This document shows, one piece after another, positions 26,469 to 35,960 of a stretch of DNA of 50,063 nt. Within the stretch, counting starts at the first letter, position 1. Each line of letters begins with the position of its first letter. This DNA is from an uncultured bacterium (GTDB lineage Bacteria; Hydrogenedentota; Hydrogenedentia; Hydrogenedentales; JAEUWI01). The stretch spans positions 1 to 50,063 of the forward strand of contig CAXBPH010000007.1 of assembly GCA_963977445.1 (NCBI GenBank). The letters are read 5' to 3'. Made by a program: the position numbers and the translations under genes. The notes below the pieces were generated by a model. The model was not told the origin of the DNA. It was given only the letters and a program-made list of their open reading frames with translations, and did no database searches.

Positions 26469-29015
26469 ATGTATGCTATGCGGGGAAAAGTAACTCGTTT
26501 ACTCTTAATGGTTTGCCTCATGATCGGCCTGGCCGGTTGCCCCCTGAAAGGGGATAATGGGCTTTCCCTGATACTGTCACCGTCTTCGTTAAATTTCGGT
26601 ACAGATGAGGACTCCCTGGTTTTCCAGGTCCATCGGAATTTGACCAACTCACCGGTCGAACCCGTTGTCGTTTCCACCAGCCAATCCTGGATTGTGCCGG
26701 AAGCGTGCACCACGGACTCCGACAACTGCCTCGGCACAGGCCTCGTTGAGCGTTTGCTCATCCCTATCCGTATTGATCGCACGAAAATGCTGCTCGGTAC
26801 GAATGAGGGTGAAGTAATTGTGAAAACGGGTGGTGCCGCCCCACAGAAACTCACCATTTTCGCGGAAGACTACCTTTTCGTTGATTTTCTGGTGAGCAAC
26901 CGTGCGCCGGCCGTCGGACAAGCGATAAGCTTTGAAGACGCCTCGGAAAAAACCAACGCCGCCGGTGATGTGGTCTCCCGTTTGTGGGAATTTGGTGACG
27001 GAACGACCAGCACGGCAACAGACCCAGTCCATAGCTATACAACGCCTGGTCTCTACAGCGTCACCCTCACCATAACAACGGCGAATGCGGAAGAAAGCAT
27101 CCGGAAAGCCGCGTGGATCACGGTTGGCAGTCCGGCTGCAGCAACCAACTTTGAAGCCTCGAAAACGAGCATCTTCGAAGGGGACTCCATCATGTTCACC
27201 GACCTCTCCGTCAGCCCCACCGAGCCGATTCTTTCGCGCCGTTGGGATTTCGGCGACGGACGGACGAGCACCAGCGCCCGCCCCGAACACCAGTACACCA
27301 AGGCAGGCGCCTACACGGTATCCCTTACCATAACGACGGCCAACACCGCCAAGACGGAAACCAAGCCCAACTTCATCGTGGTGCAGCGAAAGAATGCACC
27401 TGTAGCGAGCTTCTCGGTAAACCCGACGAGCCCGATCGCCTTGACGGCGGCGCGCTTTGCCGACACGTCAGAGCCCGGTTCCGCCCCCATTGACCAATGG
27501 TTCTGGGACTTTGGTGATGGCGTGACCAGCCGGGAAGCCAACCCGACCCACAGCTACACCGATGGCGGACAGTACAATATCACCATGGCCGTAGTTTCGG
27601 CCCATGGCAGTAGCACCGCGACCGATGTGTTGACCGTCCGGACAATTCCTCCGGTCGCAGACTTCACGATTAGCGACTCTACACCCTTCGTGAACGACAC
27701 CGTCACCTTCACCAACACGTCGACCCTCGGGTCCGGCCCCCTCACACAGTACGTCTGGGAGTTTGGTGATGGCGGCAGTAGCATCCTGAAAAGCCCAACC
27801 TATAAATACACCGCTGCCGGCGTTTTTGGGGTCAAACTGACCGTCGTAACGGCCCACGGTCAGAGCTCGGTCACGAAGAGCGTAACGGCCAGCTTCCTGC
27901 CACCTACGGCCTCCTTCACGGCCACGCCCCGCGTTGTGGGTGTAGGTGAGTCAGTCCAGTTCACCGACACGTCCACGCCCGGCACAGCGGCCGTGGATAC
28001 GTGGCTCTGGGAATTTGGCGACCCCACCAGTGGCGGAAGCAACACCAGCACGTTGCAGAATCCAATCCACACCTTCAATACGGAAGGCTACTTCACCATC
28101 ACGTTGACGGTTATGACTCCGGTCGCCTCCGACAACTCCAGCACCATCACCCGCAATGCCTACATTCGGGCCATCGAATCGCCAACCCCGAGCTTTACTT
28201 CGGAAGTGGTCAATCCCAACGAACCTGATGTCATTCGCTTTGTGAATACGACGGTGGTGGGCAGCGAGCCGATTTCCAGCACGAAGTGGGATTTCGACGA
28301 CCCGGATAGTGGCAACAACTCGAGCACGGTCGCCAATCCCAGCCATCGCTTCAGCACGGAACGCATCTTCAATGTAAAGCTTACGGTGAGCACGGCCAAT
28401 CGGGTCGTATCGGTTACGCAGATGGTCATGGTCGTTTTCCTGCCGCCGACGGTAGATTTCACCGTAAAATCCATTAACGGCACGTCTGATCGGGACACCA
28501 TCCTGACGGAAGGGGCACTGACCACCGAAAACCTGCAGTTTAATTCGATGGTAACATTGGGTACCGAAATGGACACCACAACGTTTGCTCATGCCTGGGA
28601 CTTTGGCGATACCACGTCGAGCACGGCGGAGACGCCCACCCACACCTATGCAGCAAACGGAACCTACACGGTAACCTATACGCTGACGACTCCCACGGAT
28701 GTGGTTACCGTAAGTCATGATATCGATGTGGATTCGCCACCGATTCCCGACTTCACGGCCAATATGACCACGGTACTGACGAACGCGACCATCCAGTTCA
28801 CGGACGCGTCCGACACAAGCAACAGCGGCCCTATCGTAAGCCGCCTGTGGAACTTTGGCGATGGCTCAGTAAGCACCGAAGTAAACCCCACCAAGTCCTA
28901 TGCGGCCCAGGGACAATACACGGTAAGCCTGACGCTGACCTTCGACCATGCCATTACCGGCACGCGGTTGACGATCACAGAATCGAAGGGTGACTTCATT
29001 CAGGCCAGCCTCTAG
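26469..29015 (+). CDS. Surface lipoprotein with an N-terminal Ig-like/BACON-like region and eight PKD domains
   Basis: AAGGAG RBS 8 nt before ATG 26469; LAGC lipobox; eight W(D/E/N)F(G/D)D motifs with P.H.(Y/F)...G.(Y/F).V.LT-type spacing. Confidence 0.9.
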   Translation: MYAMRGKVTRLLLMVCLMIGLAGCPLKGDNGLSLILSPSSLNFGTDEDSLVFQVHRNLTNSPVEPVVVSTSQSWIVPEACTTDSDNCLGTGLVERLLIPIRIDRTKMLLGTNEGEVIVKTGGAAPQKLTIFAEDYLFVDFLVSNRAPAVGQAISFEDASEKTNAAGDVVSRLWEFGDGTTSTATDPVHSYTTPGLYSVTLTITTANAEESIRKAAWITVGSPAAATNFEASKTSIFEGDSIMFTDLSVSPTEPILSRRWDFGDGRTSTSARPEHQYTKAGAYTVSLTITTANTAKTETKPNFIVVQRKNAPVASFSVNPTSPIALTAARFADTSEPGSAPIDQWFWDFGDGVTSREANPTHSYTDGGQYNITMAVVSAHGSSTATDVLTVRTIPPVADFTISDSTPFVNDTVTFTNTSTLGSGPLTQYVWEFGDGGSSILKSPTYKYTAAGVFGVKLTVVTAHGQSSVTKSVTASFLPPTASFTATPRVVGVGESVQFTDTSTPGTAAVDTWLWEFGDPTSGGSNTSTLQNPIHTFNTEGYFTITLTVMTPVASDNSSTITRNAYIRAIESPTPSFTSEVVNPNEPDVIRFVNTTVVGSEPISSTKWDFDDPDSGNNSSTVANPSHRFSTERIFNVKLTVSTANRVVSVTQMVMVVFLPPTVDFTVKSINGTSDRDTILTEGALTTENLQFNSMVTLGTEMDTTTFAHAWDFGDTTSSTAETPTHTYAANGTYTVTYTLTTPTDVVTVSHDIDVDSPPIPDFTANMTTVLTNATIQFTDASDTSNSGPIVSRLWNFGDGSVSTEVNPTKSYAAQGQYTVSLTLTFDHAITGTRLTITESKGDFIQASL

Positions 29016-29035
29016 GTTAGACAGCCAACCATCCG

Positions 29036-29067
29036 ACGCCCCTCCCCGTGGAGGGGCGTTTTTTGTT
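29036..29067 (+). terminator. Intrinsic terminator after the PKD gene
   Basis: acgcccctcc-ccgt-ggaggggcgt followed by tttttgtt. Confidence 0.9.
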
Positions 29068-29157
29068 CTATCGCAACGCCCGCGCAGAATCCCCTTTATC
29101 GGTCGGGGCCGCCCAAATCGCCTGGCAAGGACGCCTTGGAAAAAACTGGTTGTGAAA

Positions 29158-29187
29158 TTGACTTACTAACCGGCTGCGTGATAACAT
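29158..29187 (+). promoter_or_regulatory. Putative sigma70 promoter of nadX
   Basis: TTGACT-18 bp-TAACAT with an extended TG. Confidence 0.5.
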
Positions 29188-29306
29188 CTTCGGGTTTACG
29201 TATTTAGTCTGACACCGCACCTTCCTGACCTATGTTTGCGAAGGGGTTTCGTGTCTGTAAGGGTTCTGGTTTATCCAGAACGTAATAACCTGTTGAGAGG
29301 AACACC

Positions 29307-30125
29307 ATGGCCAAGATGAAAATCGGTTTGGTCGGGTGTGGGAATATCGGCGCGGATATCTGCATTGCACTCCACAAAGGAGACATACCCGCAGAAATAA
29401 CCTCCCTGACCGATATCGATAAAGAACGTGCGGGCGTATTGCTCCGCACATTCCAGTTAAATGCAAAGATTTGCACCCTGGACGAGTTAGCGGCGAATGT
29501 CGACTTCATCGTTGAGTGTGCGGGAGCGGGCGCTGTCCGCGATGTAATCGAGGCCGCCATGCGCCACCAGAAAGATTGTCTGGTCATGAGCGTGGGTGGT
29601 TTGATGGCGCTCCGAGATGAATTGAAACGCACCGAAGCGTGTGGCGTACAAGTTCGTATACCTTCCGGGGCCCTTTGCGGGCTTGACGGGATTCGGGCGG
29701 CGATGGAAGGTGGCCTTCATATGGTCACCTTGACGACGCGCAAGCCCCCCGAAGGGTTGGCAGGTGCGCCGTATTTGATAGAGAACAATATCAGTCTGGA
29801 AAACCTGACCGAGGCCAAGGTGGTCTTCGAAGGCAATGCCCTCGAAGCGGTTAAGGCGTTCCCTGCCAATGTAAATGTTGCCGGCGCCTTGAGCCTGATA
29901 GGCATCGGACCGGAAGAAACCAAGGTTTGTATTATTGCAGACCCAAATGCCACCATGAACAGTCACGAAGTGGACGCTGAAGGTGCCTTTGGCAGTTTGA
30001 AGTCGGTAACGACCAATCTGCCCTCGCCCCGAAACGCCAAGTCGAGTTATCTGGCCTCCCTGTCGGCAAGTGCCGAGCTCAGGGCAGCCGCCATGGCCTT
30101 TAGCCGCCGGTGCGTTGAAGCGTAA
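29307..30125 (+). CDS. nadX: L-aspartate dehydrogenase (NAD biosynthesis)
   Basis: IGLVGCGNIG, VECAG, MSVGGL, PSGALCGLD, TRKPP, FPANVNVA, SPRNAKSS; GAGAGG RBS. Confidence 0.9.
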   Translation: MAKMKIGLVGCGNIGADICIALHKGDIPAEITSLTDIDKERAGVLLRTFQLNAKICTLDELAANVDFIVECAGAGAVRDVIEAAMRHQKDCLVMSVGGLMALRDELKRTEACGVQVRIPSGALCGLDGIRAAMEGGLHMVTLTTRKPPEGLAGAPYLIENNISLENLTEAKVVFEGNALEAVKAFPANVNVAGALSLIGIGPEETKVCIIADPNATMNSHEVDAEGAFGSLKSVTTNLPSPRNAKSSYLASLSASAELRAAAMAFSRRCVEA

Positions 30126-30230
30126 CGCATACGGACCGGGTATCTGGTCTATATAGTTTTAGAAATTTACATCAGTTGACACCCTGCAGCGCAATCTAGC
30201 CCGCAGGCAGACAGAAAACGGAGATACATC

Positions 30231-30542
30231 ATGTACGCTGTAGTGATTACAGGCGGAAAGCAATATAAGGTCGCTGCTGGCGATCGCTTGCGCGTTGAAA
30301 AGCTCGACACCGCCGTAGGCCAACAGGTCGAACTGGACAAGGTCTGTCTCCTGGTTAAGGAAGACGGAATTGTTGTCGAGCCCGGCGCACTGAGCGGCGC
30401 CCGCGTGGTTGCAGAAGTGACTGCCGAAGGCAAACGCAAGAAAATCAAAGTGTTCAAGAAGAAGCGTCGTAAGAACTACATGCGCACCTATGGACACCGT
30501 CAGCAATATAGCGAAATTACCATTCGCGAAATCAAAGCATAA
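30231..30542 (+). CDS. rplU: 50S ribosomal protein L21
   Basis: [14 protein letters not shown]...FKKKRRKNY...GHRQ. Confidence 0.98.
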   Translation: MYAVVITGGKQYKVAAGDRLRVEKLDTAVGQQVELDKVCLLVKEDGIVVEPGALSGARVVAEVTAEGKRKKIKVFKKKRRKNYMRTYGHRQQYSEITIREIKA

Positions 30543-30556
30543 GGGAGAGATATCTC

Positions 30557-30817
30557 ATGGCACATAAAAAAGCAGGCGGTAGTTCCCGCAACGGACGCGA
30601 TAGTGAATCCAAACGCCTGGGCGTAAAGCTCTACGGCGGCCAGAAAGCTATCGCTGGAAATATTGTCGTACGTCAACGTGGTACCAAGTTCGCTGCAGGT
30701 AAAAACTGCGGTCTGGGCAAAGACCATACCCTCTTCGCATTGGCCGACGGGGTTGTTCAGTTTCGTTTTTTCAAGAAAGGCCGTCAGTGCGTTGATATTG
30801 TTCCCGTTGCGGAATAA
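30557..30817 (+). CDS. rpmA: 50S ribosomal protein L27
   Basis: [24 protein letters not shown]...RQRGT. Confidence 0.98.
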   Translation: MAHKKAGGSSRNGRDSESKRLGVKLYGGQKAIAGNIVVRQRGTKFAAGKNCGLGKDHTLFALADGVVQFRFFKKGRQCVDIVPVAE

Positions 30818-30841
30818 TGTCATCCCTGCTAACCGATTACC

Positions 30842-32098
30842 ATGTTCGTTGATCGAGTTCGAATCAAAGTAATCGGCGGCGGCGGCGGCGATGGCTGCTG
30901 CAGTTTTCGAAAAGAAGCATATGTCCCCCTCGGCGGCCCCGACGGCGGGGACGGAGGTAATGGCGGCGATATTATTATCGCTGCCTCTTCTCGTTTAACG
31001 AGCCTGACCGATTTACGCTATCATCCGCAATGGAAGGGGAATCGTGGCACCCATGGCAAGGGCAAGGCCCTCCATGGGCGTGGTGGCAAGCCCACCACCC
31101 TTCACGTACCCTGTGGCACCGTCATCCGTGATTTTGAAACGGGCGATATCCTCATCGATCTCACCGAAGAGGACCAGACTTTCTGTGCCGGTGCCGGGGG
31201 GACCGGTGGCAAGGGTAATACCCGATTTGCCACGGCGAAAAATAAAGCCCCCAAGTTTGCAGAACGTGGCGAGCCGGGCGAAGTCCGGGAATATCTTCTG
31301 GAGCTTAAGCTCATTGCCGAAGTCGGCTTTGTGGGCCTGCCCAATGCGGGTAAATCCACGCTGCTTTCGGCCATATCCGCGGCCAGCCCCAAGATTGGTG
31401 CCTATCCCTTCACCACCATTACGCCCAATCTCGGCATTGTCCCCCTCAGTGATTTCCGGACCCTCGCCGTTGCCGATATCCCCGGTATCATCGAAGGTGC
31501 TGCAGAGGGTAAGGGCCTCGGCCACGATTTCCTGCGTCATATCGAGCGCACCCAGGTGCTCCTCTTTCTCGTTGATCTCGGGGACGAAGACCCGGAAGCT
31601 TCGCTTCGGACACTCCAGGAAGAACTTCGCCAACATAGCGACGTCTTTGAATCACGGCCCTATCTGTGCGCCTTAAACAAGATTGACATCACCGAGAATC
31701 GCGAACGGTGTGACGAGCTTCGGGAACGCTTCCCCAAGTGCCACTTCATCTCTGGGGCTACAGGGGAAGGCATCCCCGATCTTATCGAGGCCCTTTGGCA
31801 TGAGGTGGATCGGGTACGACGAAATATCGCAGACAACCCCGAGCCGGAACCACCCGAGCGGGAATATACCTACGTAGCACCCTTCGAAGTCGCAGAGATC
31901 AAAAATGGTTTCCGCATCGAAGGGGATCGCCCCATTCGCGCTGTGCGTATGACGGACTTCTCCAACAAAGAAGCCGTCGTACATCTGCAGCAGGTTCTGG
32001 AAAAGATGGGTGTGTTTCGCGCGTTAAAGCGTTTGGGTGCCGAAGAAGGGCAATCCATCCATATCGGTGATCTGGAACTTGAGTATCATCCCGATTGA
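30842..32098 (+). CDS. obgE: GTPase ObgE/CgtA with C-terminal domain
   Basis: Gly-rich Obg fold, GLPNAGKST, YPFTT, DIPG, NKID; rplU-rpmA-obg synteny. Confidence 0.97.
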   Translation: MFVDRVRIKVIGGGGGDGCCSFRKEAYVPLGGPDGGDGGNGGDIIIAASSRLTSLTDLRYHPQWKGNRGTHGKGKALHGRGGKPTTLHVPCGTVIRDFETGDILIDLTEEDQTFCAGAGGTGGKGNTRFATAKNKAPKFAERGEPGEVREYLLELKLIAEVGFVGLPNAGKSTLLSAISAASPKIGAYPFTTITPNLGIVPLSDFRTLAVADIPGIIEGAAEGKGLGHDFLRHIERTQVLLFLVDLGDEDPEASLRTLQEELRQHSDVFESRPYLCALNKIDITENRERCDELRERFPKCHFISGATGEGIPDLIEALWHEVDRVRRNIADNPEPEPPEREYTYVAPFEVAEIKNGFRIEGDRPIRAVRMTDFSNKEAVVHLQQVLEKMGVFRALKRLGAEEGQSIHIGDLELEYHPD

Positions 32099-32202
32099 GG
32101 CCCATACTATCGCGACAGCATTGGGCGTGACATCGCCCTTTGCTGATTAACGTTTACCCGCAATAAATACCCATTTCTGCTATGCAGACAGAATGCTGAC
32201 GA

Positions 32203-33330
32203 ATGAAGTTTGATCTCGATACGGTACATACCCTCGTGTTGAAAATCGGGACGAGTCTCCTGAGTGGTCGCCTCGCCTTCGAGGGCCAGGTCATGGAGTC
32301 TGTCGTAAAAGAACTCTGTGCCCTTAAGAAGCAGCGGGATATTAACGTCCTCATCGTGACGTCTGGTGCCGTCGGTTGCGGCATGAAGACGCTCAACATG
32401 ACCCAACGCCCGGCGGGTCTCCCCGAAAAACAAGCGGTAGCTGCGGTGGGTCAAGCCACCTTGATGCACTACTACGAAACCCTGTTCATGACCTATGGCG
32501 AAGGGCTTCACACCGCACAGGTATTGCTCACCTTGCGAGATCTGGATCAGCGCGACAGCTATCTGAATGTGCGCAACACCATTCAAAATCTCTTTCAAAT
32601 GAAGAGTATCATTCCCATCGTCAACGAAAACGACTCTACCGCAGTAGACCAATTGCGTTTCGGTGACAACGATACCCTCTCGGCAAAAATTGCGGCCAAA
32701 CTGAGCGCCGATTTACTGGTTATTCTGAGCGATGTGGATGGCCTGTATGCAGGCAATCCACAGAAGGATCCAGACGTCGCCCACATTCCCGTCGTCACGG
32801 AGATCACCCACGCCATTGAAGATTTTGCGGGCGGGGCGGGCACCCTGACGGGAACCGGTGGTATGCGGACCAAGGTGGACGCCGCACGTATCGCCATGGC
32901 CGCCGGCGTGCCCACCATCATTGCCGATGGTCATACGCCCAACATCGTTCATCGGGTACTGGATGGTTCTGCGCGCAGTACTCATTTTATCCCGGGGGAC
33001 GCCGCGCTCTCCCACCGGAAGCGTTGGATCGCCTTTGGGCGTACCGTATCGGGCACCCTGCAAATCGACGCCGGTGCCTGTGACGCAATCATTACCCAGG
33101 GAAAAAGTCTGCTTTCCGCGGGTGTAACCGCCTCGACCGGCCAGTACCGGGAGGGGGATGCGGTGGAAATTCGAGACCCCGAGGGCACGCCTATCGCCCG
33201 TGCGCTGGTCAATTATTCCAGCGAACAAGTCCATAAAATTATGGGCAGAAAAAGCCAGGAAATTTCCGCCATTCTTGGCGACAAAGCCTATGATGAAGTG
33301 GTCCATCGGGACAATCTGGTCCTGATCTGA
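32203..33330 (+). CDS. proB: Glutamate 5-kinase with PUA domain
   Basis: LKIGTS, TSGAV, KQAVAAVGQ, NENDS, FGDNDTLSA, GTGGMRTK, RKRWI, VHRDNLV. Confidence 0.97.
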   Translation: MKFDLDTVHTLVLKIGTSLLSGRLAFEGQVMESVVKELCALKKQRDINVLIVTSGAVGCGMKTLNMTQRPAGLPEKQAVAAVGQATLMHYYETLFMTYGEGLHTAQVLLTLRDLDQRDSYLNVRNTIQNLFQMKSIIPIVNENDSTAVDQLRFGDNDTLSAKIAAKLSADLLVILSDVDGLYAGNPQKDPDVAHIPVVTEITHAIEDFAGGAGTLTGTGGMRTKVDAARIAMAAGVPTIIADGHTPNIVHRVLDGSARSTHFIPGDAALSHRKRWIAFGRTVSGTLQIDAGACDAIITQGKSLLSAGVTASTGQYREGDAVEIRDPEGTPIARALVNYSSEQVHKIMGRKSQEISAILGDKAYDEVVHRDNLVLI

Positions 33331-33337
33331 TCATCGC

Positions 33338-33514
33338 CTATGGTGGTGTAACCGGGACTTCTCTGGATTGCTTCACAATCACACGCTCAGGCAAGAGCAG
33401 GGGCTTCTCAATCGTCGGCCATCGACTGGTGTGAATGGCATCCAAGGTAATCCAGCCAAGGAGAGCCAGCGCGGATAGTACCAGTGCAACCAATGTCCGC
33501 GTCCGCAATCCCAT
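33338..33514 (-). CDS. Small single-TM membrane protein (58 aa), absent from the ORF track
   Basis: MGLRTRTLVALVLSALALLGWITLDAIHTSRWPTIEKPLLLPERVIVKQSREVPVTPP. Its ATG overlaps the upstream TAA (TAATG) and it fills the gap up to proB. Confidence 0.55.
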   Translation of the reverse strand: MGLRTRTLVALVLSALALLGWITLDAIHTSRWPTIEKPLLLPERVIVKQSREVPVTPP

Positions 33515-35769
33515 TAGTCGGCCATCACATCGGGCATGGGTGGACCATCGTAGGGAGCCGCCCCGTGAACACCGACCTCTTCAGATACCCGTAACAACGA
33601 CGGGTCTTCCGTTTCTGGGGGCAGAATCATGCCGAAGTATCGCCCCATCCAATAGGCATCCAACCAGCCAGATGGGTCGACAACGACGTGTCCCCCCGCG
33701 CCGCCTTTAACTTCGAGGGAAGAATCAGTCCAGCGAATCGGACCCCGTGATCGGGGTGAATAGGGACGTTTCCCGCCGGAATAGGGTAGGTAGCCCGGCG
33801 GTGGCAGCCGATCAGACCGGTAGGTATTGTCCCAGTCATGACGTATCAGATCGAGGGGCCATTCCCGAAGATGGGCCACCGCCTCCCCCGTTTCACAATC
33901 ATCCCCCGTAACAGCACCATAAATAAAATTGAACCAGGGAATATGTTCGATCCGTTCGATTTCAAAACTGCGGGCGAGGCTACGGCGATAGAAACTTCGC
34001 AGATAGGGGTCTGTTTCGTATTGAATTAATGGATAGTACGCGTAGAAGGCGAGGCGATCGTCGGAGTGAAATACATAGCCCGGCTCGACCAGTTTTTGCC
34101 GAATTACCTCGCGATGATACCCCCGGTCGATCAGGTCTGCAAGACCCGTCTCAAATTTCGGGTCGCCCGTAATGTAAATCGCGGTCCGGAGGTAACTGAG
34201 TATTTCCAGTCCGTTCAGTCCCCGCGCATAGTTGCCCCGCTCGCTGGCAAAATACTCGGGGTCCCAGCGTCCCCAAACGGTCGGTTTGCCGTCCAAGTCC
34301 CGTAAGAGCCAGCCTTCATCCATGATATGGCTCATCAGTCGGTGTACATGGTCTTTCACCTGCTGCTTTTCTTTTTCATTGGCCACCAAATCGTAAAAGA
34401 TGCCGGCATAGTAAAAGTGCGCGTCAATTTCGTCGCTTGAGGTGTCCCCTTTCCAGGCCCAAAGACCGTCCGCCGTGGGATTCCATTCTGCGGGATAACC
34501 TCCGGAGCCCCCCTGGGCCTGATTTCCCGTCTCCCCCACCGCCCAGATGGAACGGGCAGGAAGGCCATCTGTAGACGTTATTTCTTCCGACCATTTCATT
34601 GCATTGAAGCCTTCAACCGCAGCCGCACGGGCAGACAAATCGCCTGTGGCGGCAAACTTGAAGGCCTGCGCGGCCCAGTAGTGGGTGCTCCAACCCACAT
34701 CGTTGTCGCTCACCTCACGAATCCACCGCTTTCCCGCCTCATCCCATTCGAGCTTATGAACGAAGGCCATCCGCTTTTGGCCCCAGTTTTCCAGATGCTG
34801 CTCGTAGAAGGACGCCTTCTTCTCCAGGGTGTAGGGCGCGTAGTGAATAACGCCGATACCCTTATTGGTGCCGATGTATACCCCATCCCCATGGGCCGCA
34901 ATGGCATTCACGCGATCATCGAGGAGCCATCGGGGACCGGCAAAATAGTGGAATGTATCGCCCACGGCACGTATCGCCCCGTGGGTTGTGCCGATCCAAT
35001 AGTCATTTTCCCGTCCCGGGGCCAGCGCCGTACATTCTTCGTGGGGCAGCCCATCGGAACCAAGAAGCTGGGTCGCAGCGCTGCCCCGAAGGACACCGAT
35101 GCCTGCGTGGCTCGCCACATAGAGCCGCGATCCCAAGGGAAGCATGTCACGGAGATCCTTGGAAGGAAAGGCCCCGAAGTCCACCGTATCCCGATGGTTG
35201 TATTCCCGACCGTCAAAGGTAAAGATCCGGTCATAGGCAAGGCAGTAGAGGGTCTCACTGTATACGGCAAGCCCCTGGATAGGCCCGGGGCTTGTTTCGC
35301 CACCAACGACAGGAATGAGGCGATCTTCCGATACGTTGAAAAGTCCGCCGGGACTGGCGACCACGAGATGCCCGGCAAATCGAGCGATATCGACATAGGT
35401 ACCCTCAGCAATGGATACCCAGGAGGTGCCATCAAAACGATGGAGTCCCTGTTTGGTAATCACCCAAAGCAGCCCGTCGATAACCCGCATCCGTTCCACA
35501 TATTCCCGGGGTCCGTCGGTGAGCACCAATTGTCGGCTATCCGGATCCAGCTGACGCACGCCGTCGCCCGATCCAGCGTAGAGCGTATCGCCCAACGAGG
35601 CCAGTGCCCAGATGGGCTTCGGGGCCGGGATGGTTTCACCAATTTCCTGGGAATAGACCCCATCCACTATCGGTTCCCAGAGCGGTGGAGAAGCGACGTC
35701 GCCCGCCGCGATATTTCCCAGCAATCCCCCCACAATGACACCGCCAATAACACAAAACAGCTGTTTCAA
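33514..35769 (-). CDS. Secreted hypothetical protein: beta-propeller-like N-half plus helical C-domain
   Basis: Probable TTG start at 35769 after GGAAGG; hydrophobic signal; repeated (Y/W)xGT..G strands; SDND, GDTSSDE, DGKPTVWG and FHSDD motifs. Confidence 0.75.
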   Translation of the reverse strand: MKQLFCVIGGVIVGGLLGNIAAGDVASPPLWEPIVDGVYSQEIGETIPAPKPIWALASLGDTLYAGSGDGVRQLDPDSRQLVLTDGPREYVERMRVIDGLLWVITKQGLHRFDGTSWVSIAEGTYVDIARFAGHLVVASPGGLFNVSEDRLIPVVGGETSPGPIQGLAVYSETLYCLAYDRIFTFDGREYNHRDTVDFGAFPSKDLRDMLPLGSRLYVASHAGIGVLRGSAATQLLGSDGLPHEECTALAPGRENDYWIGTTHGAIRAVGDTFHYFAGPRWLLDDRVNAIAAHGDGVYIGTNKGIGVIHYAPYTLEKKASFYEQHLENWGQKRMAFVHKLEWDEAGKRWIREVSDNDVGWSTHYWAAQAFKFAATGDLSARAAAVEGFNAMKWSEEITSTDGLPARSIWAVGETGNQAQGGSGGYPAEWNPTADGLWAWKGDTSSDEIDAHFYYAGIFYDLVANEKEKQQVKDHVHRLMSHIMDEGWLLRDLDGKPTVWGRWDPEYFASERGNYARGLNGLEILSYLRTAIYITGDPKFETGLADLIDRGYHREVIRQKLVEPGYVFHSDDRLAFYAYYPLIQYETDPYLRSFYRRSLARSFEIERIEHIPWFNFIYGAVTGDDCETGEAVAHLREWPLDLIRHDWDNTYRSDRLPPPGYLPYSGGKRPYSPRSRGPIRWTDSSLEVKGGAGGHVVVDPSGWLDAYWMGRYFGMILPPETEDPSLLRVSEEVGVHGAAPYDGPPMPDVMAD

Positions 35770-35960
35770 TGGTCTGCCTTCCCTGGGTAGCGGAAAACGC
35801 GAAGATTCCGCGTAGACGAGATTTCGGTACGGCCAACGGGTATCCATCGGGCCCGATTCCGGGCTCCAATGCGGTGCCCTGGGTTCAAGCGGGCATACAG
35901 ATGTTTAAAATATACAATCACTTACGTTAGCATAACAAGAACAGCCCAAGGAGCCTGAAC

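Noticed and set aside
29150..29169. Rex operator upstream of nadX (TTGTGAAATTGACTTACTAA)
   Set aside because: Only the left half-site matches TTGTGAA-N4-TTCACAA; the right half and the spacing do not.
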